From the NCBI GenBank assembly GCA_036834945.1, contig DAITMW010000001.1, positions 24,454 through 88,453 on the forward strand: a stretch of DNA of 64,000 nt, written 5' to 3'. Positions 1 through 9,407 of the stretch are shown here, piece by piece. How positions within the stretch are numbered: the first letter of the stretch is position 1; each line of letters starts with the position of its first letter. A program made the translations under genes and the position numbers. A model generated the notes under the pieces. That model searched no databases. It was not told where the DNA came from and saw only the letters and a list, made by a program, of their open reading frames with translations. Source of the stretch: Steroidobacteraceae bacterium. Its GTDB lineage: Bacteria; Pseudomonadota; Gammaproteobacteria; Steroidobacterales; Steroidobacteraceae.

Positions 1-1
1 C

Positions 2-1042
2 CGCATAGGAAGTATTGGGGACACGGTAGTGGCCGTACCGTGCTTTCATGCGGTCGCGCGCGCCTTTCCCGGTCACCGGAAAATTCTTCTGACCAACGCG
101 GTGGACTCCGCTCGCGCTTCTTCCGCGGAAAGCGTGCTAACAGGAACCGGCTTGATCGATAGCGCGGTGTACTTTCCCCCCGGCCGCGGCAAGCTCAGTC
201 ATTCCGTGGCGCTCGCACGGCAGTTGCGCGGCCTGAACGTGGAGACACTCGTTTACCTTGCGCCGCGAACCACGGGCGTGCAGGTATACCGCGACCTGGT
301 GTTTTTCAGAGCCGCGGGGATCCGCAATGTGATTGGAGCGCCGCTCACCATCGGCGCGCGTGAATGCCGCGTCGATCCGCTGACCGGCGAGCTCGAACAC
401 GAAGCAGAGCGTCTTGCGCGCATTCTGGGGAAGTCATTCCCAGTTGATTTATCCAAGTCGAGCTGGGATCTACGCTTGAGTGCCGCGGAAGAGGCTACGG
501 CAGTGCAGCGGCTCTCCGGGCTGCTGGGTTGGCGTCCTGTGGTTGCGGTATCTCCGGGTGCGCGAATTCCCGCGAAAGATTGGGGGGAGGAGCGCTGGGA
601 CGCATTGATCCGCCTGCTCCAGGTGCGCATTCCCGCGGTGTCGTTGGTGTTCATCGGCGCCCCGGCTGAGCGATCCCTGGCGGAGCGCCTTGCCCAGCAG
701 TGGCACGGACCGAAACTCAACTTGTGCGGCGAGCTGACTCCGCGCGAGTCCGCGGCAGTCTTGCGCAAATGTAATCTTCTGTTATGCCATGACAGCGGCC
801 CGATGCACCTGGCCGCCAGCCAGGGGACTCGTTGCGTAGCGCTATTCGGGAATTTCAACCTGCCGCGGCAATGGTTCCCTTACGGCTGCGATCACGTCGT
901 GATCTACGAGGCGTTGGGAGTGAAACACATCAGCGTCGAGCGGGTCGCCGACGCCGTCCAGGCGGCCGTTCACGCCTCTAGCGATTCTTCCCACCCGACC
1001 GAATCCGCTCGACCAATGCGGTCGTGGACTTCTCGGGCGTGA
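2..1042 (+). CDS. Glycosyltransferase family 9 (heptosyltransferase-like), 5'-truncated at window edge
   Basis: The frame stays open back to base 2 (RIGSIGDTVVAVP precedes the listed GTG at 29), resembling the N-terminal IGD region of GT9 enzymes. The C-terminal LLCHDSGPMHLAAS motif is typical of WaaC/WaaF-type enzymes. It sits next to the ADP-heptose operon. Confidence 0.75.
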   Translation, partial: RIGSIGDTVVAVPCFHAVARAFPGHRKILLTNAVDSARASSAESVLTGTGLIDSAVYFPPGRGKLSHSVALARQLRGLNVETLVYLAPRTTGVQVYRDLVFFRAAGIRNVIGAPLTIGARECRVDPLTGELEHEAERLARILGKSFPVDLSKSSWDLRLSAAEEATAVQRLSGLLGWRPVVAVSPGARIPAKDWGEERWDALIRLLQVRIPAVSLVFIGAPAERSLAERLAQQWHGPKLNLCGELTPRESAAVLRKCNLLLCHDSGPMHLAASQGTRCVALFGNFNLPRQWFPYGCDHVVIYEALGVKHISVERVADAVQAAVHASSDSSHPTESARPMRSWTSRA

Positions 1043-2459
1043 GGGGCACGAGTACCACGCGGCCACCGGTCGCCTCGATGAGCTCCCTGCCGACGACGTC
1101 CTCGAGCTTGTAGTCACCGCCTTTCACCAACACGTGCGGCCGTACACTCTCGAGAACCTCGAGCGGTGTGTCCTCGTCGAAAATAGTCACCGCGTCCACA
1201 AATCCGAGGGCCGCCAATACCGCGGCGCGATCCTCCTGCGGCACGAGAGGTCGCTCTGGTCCTTTCAGGCGACGGACCGAGGCATCGCTGTTGATGGCCA
1301 GGACGAGAACATCGCCGAGACGGGCCGCCTGGCTCAGCAAGGACAAGTGGCCGGCATGCAGCAGGTCGTAACAGCCATTGGTGAAAACGATGCGCTTGCC
1401 CGCCATTCGCCAGGTGGCCGCGCGGGCGATGAGGTCTTCCCGCGAAAGGATCTTGCCGTCCGGTCGCGCGGCGAGTGCGTCACGAATGCTGCCAGCGTCC
1501 ACGGCGACTGCCCCTATCTGGCCCACCGACACACCGGCAGCCGCGTTCGCCAGCTGCGCCGCACCCAACAGGGATGCGTTCGCGGCGAGCGACAATGCCA
1601 GGACGGAGATCGCCGTATCGCCCGCGCCAGTCACGTCGTATACCGCGCGTTGGATCGCCGGTACGGCCGTGTCGTGACCTTGCACCGGCACCACGAGCAT
1701 GCCGCGATCTCCGAGTGTCACAACCATTGCCTCGAGTCCCGCCGCGCTCGCGAGAGGCCGCGCTGCCGCCGCGATTTGCGCCCGATCGTCGGGATCGAGG
1801 TTTTGCCCTGCCGCTGCCTCGAGCTCGCGCAGGTTGGGGGTAATCGTCGTCGCTCCCCGGTAACGCGTGAAATCCCGGTGCTTCGGGTCGACGACGACGG
1901 GGCCCGCCCCGCGTAGTGCCGTGACACTTGCAATGGCTTCAGGAGTGAGCACGCCCTTCGCGTAGTCGCTCAGGATGATGGCGTTCGGCCGCGGACCCTC
2001 GGCGAGCTTGGAAACCATTCGCATCGTGACCTGCGGGGCGCAAGCCGCCACGTCTTCCCAATCCAGCCGCAGCAACTGCTGACTATGACCGAGGACCCTG
2101 AGCTTGCGAGTCGTCCGGCGTCCGGCGATCCTGACCACCGCGCGCGTATCGATGTTCGACGCTGCGCACAGACGCAAAAAATCATCGCCGGCACTGTCAT
2201 CGCCGATCACACCAGCGAGGCTCACTCCCGCGCCCAAGGCAGCCACCTGCCGCGCGACGTTCGCGGCGCCACCCAGTCGGTGCTCCGTCTCGCGTACGCG
2301 CACAACAGGTACAGGCGCTTCGGGCGAGATTCTCTCGACAGCCCCCGTGACGTACTCATCCAGCATCAGGTCGCCCACGACCCAGATGTGCATTCCCTGA
2401 TAACGATCCAGAACGGCCAACAGGGCGTTGACCTCGGCGAGGCGCACCGCGTCGCTCAT
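978..2459 (-). CDS. hldE: Bifunctional D-beta-D-heptose 7-phosphate kinase / D-beta-D-heptose 1-phosphate adenylyltransferase
   Basis: 493 aa. N-terminal pfkB-type kinase (GAANVARQVAALG, DVTGAGDTA) and C-terminal cytidylyltransferase (FTNGCYDLLHAGH). Last gene of the heptose operon. Confidence 0.9.
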   Translation of the reverse strand: MSDAVRLAEVNALLAVLDRYQGMHIWVVGDLMLDEYVTGAVERISPEAPVPVVRVRETEHRLGGAANVARQVAALGAGVSLAGVIGDDSAGDDFLRLCAASNIDTRAVVRIAGRRTTRKLRVLGHSQQLLRLDWEDVAACAPQVTMRMVSKLAEGPRPNAIILSDYAKGVLTPEAIASVTALRGAGPVVVDPKHRDFTRYRGATTITPNLRELEAAAGQNLDPDDRAQIAAAARPLASAAGLEAMVVTLGDRGMLVVPVQGHDTAVPAIQRAVYDVTGAGDTAISVLALSLAANASLLGAAQLANAAAGVSVGQIGAVAVDAGSIRDALAARPDGKILSREDLIARAATWRMAGKRIVFTNGCYDLLHAGHLSLLSQAARLGDVLVLAINSDASVRRLKGPERPLVPQEDRAAVLAALGFVDAVTIFDEDTPLEVLESVRPHVLVKGGDYKLEDVVGRELIEATGGRVVLVPLTPEKSTTALVERIRSGGKNR

Positions 2460-3037
2460 GATGCCTCCCGTTGACGCAGGATGTTGTCAAGTGAGTCGGC
2501 GATGGCGTGAATACAAAGCGTGTGCACCTCTTGAATACGCGCGGTCACTGTAGACGGAGCGCGAATCACCAGACCTGGGTCAGCGTAAGAGATGAGCTTG
2601 CTGTCGCGCTCGCCAGTCATAGCCACGACAACGCAACCGTGGTCGCGCGCCGTCTGAGCCGCCTGCAGCACGTTCGGCGAGTTACCGCTGGTGCTGATCG
2701 CGAACAGGAGATCGCCCTTGCTCGCCAAGCCTTCGAGCTGCCTGGCGAACACGCGCTCGTAGCCGTAGTCGTTACCGATCGCCGTGAGTGTTGCGGCGTC
2801 TGCCGTCAGGGCGATGGCGGGGAGAGCACGCCGCTCGTGGAGAAAGCGACCCACGAGCTCGGCGACGAGGTGCTGCGCGTCGGCGGCGCTCCCGCCATTG
2901 CCGCAGGCGAATACCTTGTGTCCGGCACTCAGGCACGCATCGAGCGCTTGCACGACTCGCTCGAGAGTAGCCGGCAGCTCCTTTGCGGCGCGTGCGGTGA
3001 CCTCGGCATGATCGGCGAACACTTGCTGTATCGACAT
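2456..3037 (-). CDS. gmhA: Phosphoheptose (sedoheptulose-7-phosphate) isomerase, SIS domain
   Basis: 193 aa with ACGNGGSAADAQH and ISTSGNSPNV motifs. 4-nt ATGA overlap with hldE. Confidence 0.9.
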   Translation of the reverse strand: MSIQQVFADHAEVTARAAKELPATLERVVQALDACLSAGHKVFACGNGGSAADAQHLVAELVGRFLHERRALPAIALTADAATLTAIGNDYGYERVFARQLEGLASKGDLLFAISTSGNSPNVLQAAQTARDHGCVVVAMTGERDSKLISYADPGLVIRAPSTVTARIQEVHTLCIHAIADSLDNILRQREAS

Positions 3038-3042
3038 GTTGG

Positions 3043-3609
3043 TTATCCGACAATTTCGGTTTCACGCCCAAGAATCGCACGTGCGAGCTGGGGCAAATCA
3101 TCGTACGTCGGGAAGTCCGCGCCGTCCGGCAGCAGCGCCTCCGTCTTCCGACCTTTCCCGGTGCGCACCAGAGCCGCTTGCACCCCAGCACGCGTCGCCG
3201 CCTCCAGGTCCCGTGTGTCGTCGCCGATCACGAGGGTTTCCGCGGCGGTGAACCCGGAACGGGCGAGAGCCTGCTGGATCAATCCGGGAGCTGGCTTGCG
3301 GCATACACACCCATCGTCGGGGGCATGCGGACAAAACAAAACGGCATCCAGCGCGCCGCCGTGACGCGCGGCTTCGTCGCGCATCCGTTCATGGACCGCT
3401 TCGAGTTGCGCCAGGGTCATGAGGCCACGGCCAACGCCCGATTGATTCGTGGCGACAGACAGGTGGATGCCCGCACGTCGCAACATCGCCAGTGCTTCTA
3501 GCGCACCGGGCAGCCAAAAAAACTGCGTCGGCTCGAGCACATAGCCGGCGCCCTGCGCCTCGCGATTCAACACGCCGTCGCGATCGAGAATGACGTGTTT
3601 GTATGTCAT
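3043..3609 (-). CDS. gmhB: D-glycero-beta-D-manno-heptose 1,7-bisphosphate 7-phosphatase (HAD family)
   Basis: 188 aa with ILDRDGVLN (DxDx motif), CxC-RKPAPGL and GDDTRDLEAA. Lies between gmhA and hldD. Confidence 0.85.
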   Translation of the reverse strand: MTYKHVILDRDGVLNREAQGAGYVLEPTQFFWLPGALEALAMLRRAGIHLSVATNQSGVGRGLMTLAQLEAVHERMRDEAARHGGALDAVLFCPHAPDDGCVCRKPAPGLIQQALARSGFTAAETLVIGDDTRDLEAATRAGVQAALVRTGKGRKTEALLPDGADFPTYDDLPQLARAILGRETEIVG

Positions 3610-3629
3610 CGTGATGTCACGCGGGGGCT

Positions 3630-4613
3630 TCAGCGATATCGGTCCGGCTGCGACAGATAGCTCTGGACATAGTCACGCACACCGTCCGCCAGGGGTGTGA
3701 ACGGCCGGGTGTACCCCGCTTTGCGCAAGCGCTCCATGCTCGCCTCGGTGAAGTATTGGTAGTTGGGCCGGATCACGGCCGGCATCTCGATGTAATCGAT
3801 CTGCGCCTCTTGCCCCAGGGCGGCGAAGATGGCACGGGCCAGATCCTCGAAGCTGCGCGCGTGGCCCGTGCCGAGATTGAACAGGCCGTTCACCTGGGGG
3901 TGCTCCACCAGCCATTGAACGACGTCCACGCAGTCTTTGACATAAACGAAGTCGCGCTTCTGTCCCCCGTCGGGGACATCCGGCCGATAGGAGCGAAACA
4001 GGGTGAGCGGCTTGCCAGCCGTCGCGAGCGGATGTTTCTGCGCGACCACGCTCTGCATGCCACCCTTGTGATATTCGTTCGGGCCGTACACGTTGAAGAA
4101 TTTCAACCCAACCCATTGGGGTGGTCGCGGCCGCCCCTCGGCCAGCTCGCGTGCGACCCAACGGTCGAACAGGTGTTTACTCCAGCCGTAGGCGTTGAGC
4201 GGGCGTAAACGGGCCAGCGCCTCGATGGAGCCGTCGTCATCGAAGCCATGCTCGCCCGCGCCGTAGGTCGCCGCGGAGGAAGCGTAGATGAACCTCTTGT
4301 TGTGCGCCGCGCACCACTCCCATAGCGAGCGCGACAGCCGGATGTTGGTCTCGACGATGAGATCCACATCCGACTCCGTCGTCGAGGAGATCGCACCCAT
4401 GTGAATGATCGCCTCGACCTGCGCCACGTGCTCGTCCAGCCACAGCAATACAACCTCCGGCGCCACCAGGTCGCGCAGCTCCAGCTTCGCGATGTTGCGC
4501 CATTTGTCGCCGTCGCGGAGCCGGTCGCAGATGGCCAGGGGCACGGCGCTCGCTGACAGCGTCGCCGCGATGTTCGAGCCGATAAAGCCGGCGCCGCCGG
4601 TGACGAGGATCAT
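3630..4613 (-). CDS. hldD: ADP-L-glycero-D-manno-heptose 6-epimerase
   Basis: 327 aa with ILVTGGAGFIGSN Rossmann motif and YGWSK (YxxxK). First gene of the heptose operon. Confidence 0.85.
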   Translation of the reverse strand: MILVTGGAGFIGSNIAATLSASAVPLAICDRLRDGDKWRNIAKLELRDLVAPEVVLLWLDEHVAQVEAIIHMGAISSTTESDVDLIVETNIRLSRSLWEWCAAHNKRFIYASSAATYGAGEHGFDDDGSIEALARLRPLNAYGWSKHLFDRWVARELAEGRPRPPQWVGLKFFNVYGPNEYHKGGMQSVVAQKHPLATAGKPLTLFRSYRPDVPDGGQKRDFVYVKDCVDVVQWLVEHPQVNGLFNLGTGHARSFEDLARAIFAALGQEAQIDYIEMPAVIRPNYQYFTEASMERLRKAGYTRPFTPLADGVRDYVQSYLSQPDRYR

Positions 4614-4836
4614 TTATGGAGCTCGCGCGCGGGGTGCGCGACCAGGGATTTGCCAGGATTCATGGGCCGGCGACTGTGGGTTGCGAAGATTTCAATCATG
4701 TGACGGACCTCGATCTTACGCTCTTGTTGCAAAAGCGTCATATGTGCCCGCTACGCTGCCGTGGCGGCCTGACAACCCGCTTGCATGGTCCCTCCCCATG
4801 CCTGGTTTCGATCATAAAAACGACTGAGAGACGTGC

Positions 4837-6741
4837 GTGTGCGGAATCGTTGGGGTTTTTGATAACAGCGGGCACATGCCCGCACCGGAACGGTTCGCCT
4901 CGGCCATGGATCGGCTGCGACGGCGCGGACCCGACGATTCGGGGACCTGGTCAAACAGCCTGGTGCGCCTGGGGCACCGGCGGCTCGCCATAGTGGATCT
5001 CACACCGACGGGACATCAACCGATGATCTCGGCGGACGGCCGTTATGTCGTCGTGTTCAACGGCGAAATCTACAACCACCGCGAGCTGCGTCCGCAGCTC
5101 ACGCCTCCCGGTGGCTGGGCAGGCTCATCGGACACGGAAACACTGCTGGAGGCGTATCGGCAGTGGGGTTCCGCGTGCCTGCAGCGCCTGAACGGGATGT
5201 TCGCCTTCGCGATCTGGGACAACACCGAGCGGCGCCTGTTCCTGGCTCGCGATCGCATGGGGGTGAAGCCTCTTTACTACAGCTGGTCGGACGGGCGTTT
5301 CGTGTTTGCCTCGCGTCCCGGCGCGATGACCGGACTGCTGGAAGGCCGCGGTGCGGAAATCGATCCCCAGGCCCTGCGAGTCTTCCTGGAGCTGGGTTAC
5401 ATCCCGGCGCCCATGTCCCTTTACCGGAAAGTCCGCAAGTTGCCACCCGGACACTCGATGACCGTCGATGCTCGCGGGCCGCGTGAGCTGCGCTACTGGG
5501 ACTATCGGCATATTGCTCCGGACACCTCGTTGTTGAAGCGTAGCGAGGACGAGCTGGTCGAAGAGCTCGACGAGTTGATCCGCGACGCGACGCGCGTGCG
5601 TCTCATGAGCGATGTGCCCCTCGGCGCCTTTCTCTCCGGCGGTGTCGACAGCGCCTATGTCGTCGCGGCGATGAAAGCCGTCGGTGTGGTTGCGCCGAAA
5701 GCCTTCACGATCGCCTTCAGGGAGGAGGCCTACAACGAGGGGCCGGCCGCGACGGCCATCGCACGCCACATCGGCGTCGATCATGTCATGGAGACTCTCA
5801 GCGTCCGAGACCTGCTGGGGCTGCTGCCTCTGTACGTGGACGAATTCGATGAGCCGTTCGCGGACAGCTCGGCCTTCCCGACCATGGCGGTCGCACGGCT
5901 CGCGCGGCAGCACGTCACGGTGGCCTTGACCGGAGATGCCGGTGACGAGTTGTTTGGTGGCTATCACTACTACCCGTTGATCGAGAGCCTCGCCCGGACC
6001 GGGAGCTGGCCCATCCCGGTCAAGCGCCTCTGCCAGAAGGCCCTGGGCCTCGTGCCCTCGCACAAGGCGAAGCTCCTGGCCGGTGCCCTCGGACCGGACA
6101 CGCGTGTTGGAATCTTCAACTACCTGCGCAGCTTCGCGAAGGACTTCGAGCCGCTGCTGCTGGACGATGTCCTGGCACACACCCATTCCTCGCGGGGGTG
6201 CTTCGAGCGCGTCGCCCTGGCTTTCGCTCAGGGGCTCACGAGTGCGGAAGTCGGTATGCGGCTCGATATGAGCCTGACGCTCGTGGATGGCTATCTGCAG
6301 AAGGTGGACGTCGCGACCATGGCGTCCTCGTTGGAAGCGCGTTGCCCGTTCCTGGACTATCGCCTGGTCGAGTGGTCCATGCGGTTGCCAGTGCAATTCA
6401 AGCTGCGCGGCCGGAACACGAAGTACCTGTTGAAGAAGGCGCTCTGCCGTTATCTGCCCGCCCGCCTCGTACATCTTCCGAAGCGCGGATTCGGTGTTCC
6501 GGTCGCGCAATGGCTGCGTGGCCCGCTGCGTTCGTGGGCCGAGGAACTACTTCACGACGAAACGCTTCTGGCACGGGTTCCCGTGGACAAACCGCGACTA
6601 CGGGAGCTTTTCAGACTTCACGCCAGTGGCGCGCGCGATGCGCACCCATTGCTGTGGGCGGTGTTGATGTTGTTATGTTACGTCGCGCGTCACGAGCTCG
6701 GCTCGGACCTGTCGCCGGAAATTGCCCGACGTGCTGCCTGA
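4837..6741 (+). CDS. Asparagine synthase (glutamine-hydrolysing) family amidotransferase, of the kind found in exosortase/EPS loci
   Basis: 634 aa with N-terminal MCGIVGVF Ntn-amidotransferase start and the SGGVDS PP-loop. 1-nt overlap with the downstream GT4. Confidence 0.85.
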   Translation: MCGIVGVFDNSGHMPAPERFASAMDRLRRRGPDDSGTWSNSLVRLGHRRLAIVDLTPTGHQPMISADGRYVVVFNGEIYNHRELRPQLTPPGGWAGSSDTETLLEAYRQWGSACLQRLNGMFAFAIWDNTERRLFLARDRMGVKPLYYSWSDGRFVFASRPGAMTGLLEGRGAEIDPQALRVFLELGYIPAPMSLYRKVRKLPPGHSMTVDARGPRELRYWDYRHIAPDTSLLKRSEDELVEELDELIRDATRVRLMSDVPLGAFLSGGVDSAYVVAAMKAVGVVAPKAFTIAFREEAYNEGPAATAIARHIGVDHVMETLSVRDLLGLLPLYVDEFDEPFADSSAFPTMAVARLARQHVTVALTGDAGDELFGGYHYYPLIESLARTGSWPIPVKRLCQKALGLVPSHKAKLLAGALGPDTRVGIFNYLRSFAKDFEPLLLDDVLAHTHSSRGCFERVALAFAQGLTSAEVGMRLDMSLTLVDGYLQKVDVATMASSLEARCPFLDYRLVEWSMRLPVQFKLRGRNTKYLLKKALCRYLPARLVHLPKRGFGVPVAQWLRGPLRSWAEELLHDETLLARVPVDKPRLRELFRLHASGARDAHPLLWAVLMLLCYVARHELGSDLSPEIARRAA

Positions 6742-8000
6742 TGAGCCGCCTCGTCTTCGTCAATCGCTATTTCCACCCGGACCAGTCGGCGACGAGCCGC
6801 ATGCTGTCGGATCTGGCATTCCGGCTCGCCGCGCGGGGCGTGTCAGTGGCCGTGGTCACCTCCCGGCAACTGTACGAGGACCCGCGCGCCGCACTCCCGG
6901 CTCGCGAGGTAATCAACGGAGTCTCCATCTATCGCGTGTCCACTGCGACCCGGGGGCGGTCCCGGCTACTGGGCCGAGCTCTCGACTATGTGAGTTTTCA
7001 TGCGGCGGCGGGTGTCGCGCTGCTGAAGCTTCTATCACGCGGTGACGTTGTTGTCGCCAAGACGGATCCGCCTCTCATATCGGTGGTCGTCGCGCGCGCC
7101 GCGGCATTGCGAGGCGCGGTGTTGGTTAACTGGTTGCAAGATCTTTTTCCCGAGGTCGCCGGCGCACTGACGCCCGGTCTCATTCCGCCGTGGCTCGAGC
7201 ATATGCTGGTCGCCGCGCGTAACCGCTCGCTGCGTCGGGCAGCCATGAACGTCGTGCTCGGGGAATCCATGCGCGATCGGCTCCTGGCGGCGCGAGTCGA
7301 GCCGCAGCGGATAAAGGTGATACCCAACTGGGCAGACCCTGTCAGTGTGGTGCCGCAATCCACCAGTCTGACGCGCGAGCGCCTGGGACTCGGCGGGCGA
7401 TTCGTCATCGGCTACTCGGGCAACCTCGGTCGGGCGCACGATTTCGACACGCTCATCGGAGCTGCGCGGCTGTTGCGGGATGACCGGCGATTCGCGTTTC
7501 TCATCACGGGCTCGGGCGCGAAGGCGGATGCGCTCCGGGAGAGCGTGCAGGCCGAAGGCCTGGACAGCTTCTTCTTCCAGGGGTACCAACCTGCGGAGCG
7601 CCTGAGTGACAGCCTCGCGGCCGCCGATGTGCATTTCGTCAGCCTTTTGCCGGCATTGGAAGGCCTCATCGTGCCGAGCAAGATCTATGGCATCCTCGCG
7701 GCCGGCCGGCCCGCGCTGTTTGTAGGGAACACCTCTGGCGATCTCGCCCGCATGCTACGGACGACCGGCTGCGGATTGGCCGTGGCAGTTGGAGATTGCG
7801 CTGGTCTCGCCGCGACACTGACCGGGTTACGCGATTCTCCGCAACGCGTCCAATCCATGGGCATCAAGGCCCGCGAGCTCGCGGTGTCGCATCATACGAG
7901 CGAGCATGCCGTGGCCGGCTGGTTGGAGTTGCTGGAGACGGTCGCGCCCGAAACAATCCTCTCCACGCCCCGTACGCTCAGCCAGGCCAGGTACACATAA
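6741..8000 (+). CDS. Glycosyltransferase family 4 (GT-B, WcaI-like)
   Basis: I trimmed the listed ORF 6198..8000 to the in-frame ATG at 6741 (MSRLVFVNRYFHPDQSATS). GYSGNLGRAHDF and the EGLIVPSKIYGILAAGRPALFV (E-x7-E region) are typical of GT4. Confidence 0.8.
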   Translation: MSRLVFVNRYFHPDQSATSRMLSDLAFRLAARGVSVAVVTSRQLYEDPRAALPAREVINGVSIYRVSTATRGRSRLLGRALDYVSFHAAAGVALLKLLSRGDVVVAKTDPPLISVVVARAAALRGAVLVNWLQDLFPEVAGALTPGLIPPWLEHMLVAARNRSLRRAAMNVVLGESMRDRLLAARVEPQRIKVIPNWADPVSVVPQSTSLTRERLGLGGRFVIGYSGNLGRAHDFDTLIGAARLLRDDRRFAFLITGSGAKADALRESVQAEGLDSFFFQGYQPAERLSDSLAAADVHFVSLLPALEGLIVPSKIYGILAAGRPALFVGNTSGDLARMLRTTGCGLAVAVGDCAGLAATLTGLRDSPQRVQSMGIKARELAVSHHTSEHAVAGWLELLETVAPETILSTPRTLSQARYT

Positions 8001-9208
8001 CTGGCCAACAGCGCCACGTCGACCCCCTCAAAGCCCGCCACGACGCCCCAGCCGCGGTGCGCCAGCCAGGCTCGCAGGGTGAATGTATTTCCGCCCAGGT
8101 AAAACCACAGGCTGGGCTCGGCGACCAGCAACGCGTTGAATGCGAGCAGAAATGCAATGCGCGCGCGCGGTTCGGCGAGGCCGCGGACCAGCATCAACAG
8201 CACCGGGTACAGAATGAAGAGGATGTAGCCGGTGAAGCTCTTTTTGCTGAACAGCATGAAGACGAGGCCCGTCAAAGCCAGCCCGGCCAGCAACAAGGAC
8301 GGGCGCCGCTCGGGCGCCAGCCGGCGCGCTTTCGTGTAGAGCCATAATGTGGCGGCCGCAAGAACCGCCAGACTCAAAGCGTCATCGATCGCCCGCTCGA
8401 AAGAGCCCGCGGGAGCGAGGGCGAGATCGAGGATGTAAGGAATGTTACCCGGACTGATGAGCTCGCCTTCGTAACGTAGGGGATGAAGCAGGCCTGGACC
8501 CGCGCCCAACATCACAAACACCCCATACAGGATCATCGTGGGCAACATGGCCCCCAGCAGCCAGGGAGCGCGCCGCGAGGCGCAGATCCACTGCACCGGC
8601 CAGAACAGGTGCGCCAGGATCTTCGTCGTGCCGGCCGTTACGGCTTGCGCCAGCCCGGCTGCCAGATTGCTGTCCCGGGTCATCAGCATGGCGCTCGCTG
8701 CGAGTCCCGCGTTGACCCATGCCTGGTTCGTTCCCAGCAGAGCTTGTACGAGAACATGGCCGCTCGTCGCATAAAGGACGGTGCACTGGCGGGCCGTGCT
8801 ACGGTCGAGAGAAGCGCTTGCGGCCGAGTGCCACCACAGTAGCGCGAGAGCGTTCAGCAGCATCGCGAAAAGCGCGAAAACCTTTCCGCTGTTCCACATG
8901 GATGCCAACGTCGCGCCGACGTAGGGGAACCCGGGGGCGTAGCTGATCGCAAAGTCCCGGAATGGAACCTGCCCGGCCAACGTCGCCCGTGCGGCAGGCA
9001 GATAAAACGCCGGGACGTCCGAAGTCGGCTCCTGATGGCCGGCCAAATAGAGGACAACGAACATTCCCAGCGCAGGCACCAGTTGGAGTGCCAACACCGC
9101 GGCGCGGAACCGCCGCTCGGGCCATTCCAGCAACCGGGTCCGCAAGGCCCAGGCACCGAGCAAACCGCTCGCCAGGGCGAGCGCCACTTTGAAAACGATC
9201 ACTGCCAT
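7892..9208 (-). CDS. Polytopic inner-membrane protein, GT-C-like (DUF2029/GT87-like) candidate polyprenyl-phosphate-sugar-dependent glycosyltransferase
   Basis: 438 aa, hydrophobic throughout. The first loop (PAFYLPAARATLAGQVPFRDFAISYAPGFPY) resembles the acidic/aromatic loop of GT-C enzymes. It is divergent from the arabinose-donor operon. Confidence 0.5.
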   Translation of the reverse strand: MAVIVFKVALALASGLLGAWALRTRLLEWPERRFRAAVLALQLVPALGMFVVLYLAGHQEPTSDVPAFYLPAARATLAGQVPFRDFAISYAPGFPYVGATLASMWNSGKVFALFAMLLNALALLWWHSAASASLDRSTARQCTVLYATSGHVLVQALLGTNQAWVNAGLAASAMLMTRDSNLAAGLAQAVTAGTTKILAHLFWPVQWICASRRAPWLLGAMLPTMILYGVFVMLGAGPGLLHPLRYEGELISPGNIPYILDLALAPAGSFERAIDDALSLAVLAAATLWLYTKARRLAPERRPSLLLAGLALTGLVFMLFSKKSFTGYILFILYPVLLMLVRGLAEPRARIAFLLAFNALLVAEPSLWFYLGGNTFTLRAWLAHRGWGVVAGFEGVDVALLASYVYLAWLSVRGVERIVSGATVSSNSNQPATACSLV

Positions 9209-9407
9209 TCGAGCCAGACCGCTGCTGGAAAGAAAGGCGGGCGAGTATAGCCACGGTGGATGACAGGCGCGTGCGGGGAACGCCGCTCTGCCGTTGTCAT
9301 GGCACCGTAAGGTTGGGCCATTAGCCTGCCCCCCTCATAATAGGACCGGTTACGGCACGCACCCGCAGGCGACTTTCGCAACCGGGCTGCCGCGGCGAAT
9401 CCGCTAC

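Noticed and set aside
4762-4785. Sigma-54-like TGGC...TTGCA elements upstream of the asnB-family gene (exosortase loci are often sigma-54/PrsR controlled).
   Set aside because: The GG and GC elements are about 20 nt apart instead of the required 10-nt gap (12-nt offset). This is not a valid -24/-12 promoter.
5125-6510. Long antisense ORFs opposite well-supported genes (for example 5125..6510-, 14237..15481+, 25151..26431-, 28996..30297-, 49057..50523-, 56517..57818+, 15797..16387-).
   Set aside because: They have Arg/Gly/Ala/Pro-rich shadow-frame composition typical of GC-rich DNA and no recognisable motifs. Each fully overlaps a gene with strong family signatures.
6198-6740. 5' extension of the GT4 ORF that would overlap asnB by more than 500 nt. 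Similar extensions occur at 15452..15670, 15703..16353, 40145..40294, 56482..56676, 9294..9407 and 34419..34472.
   Set aside because: The extensions encode low-complexity Arg/Pro-rich sequence and overlap upstream genes. Internal ATG or GTG starts coincide with the beginning of recognisable domains or signal peptides, and often with ATGA/GTGA coupling.
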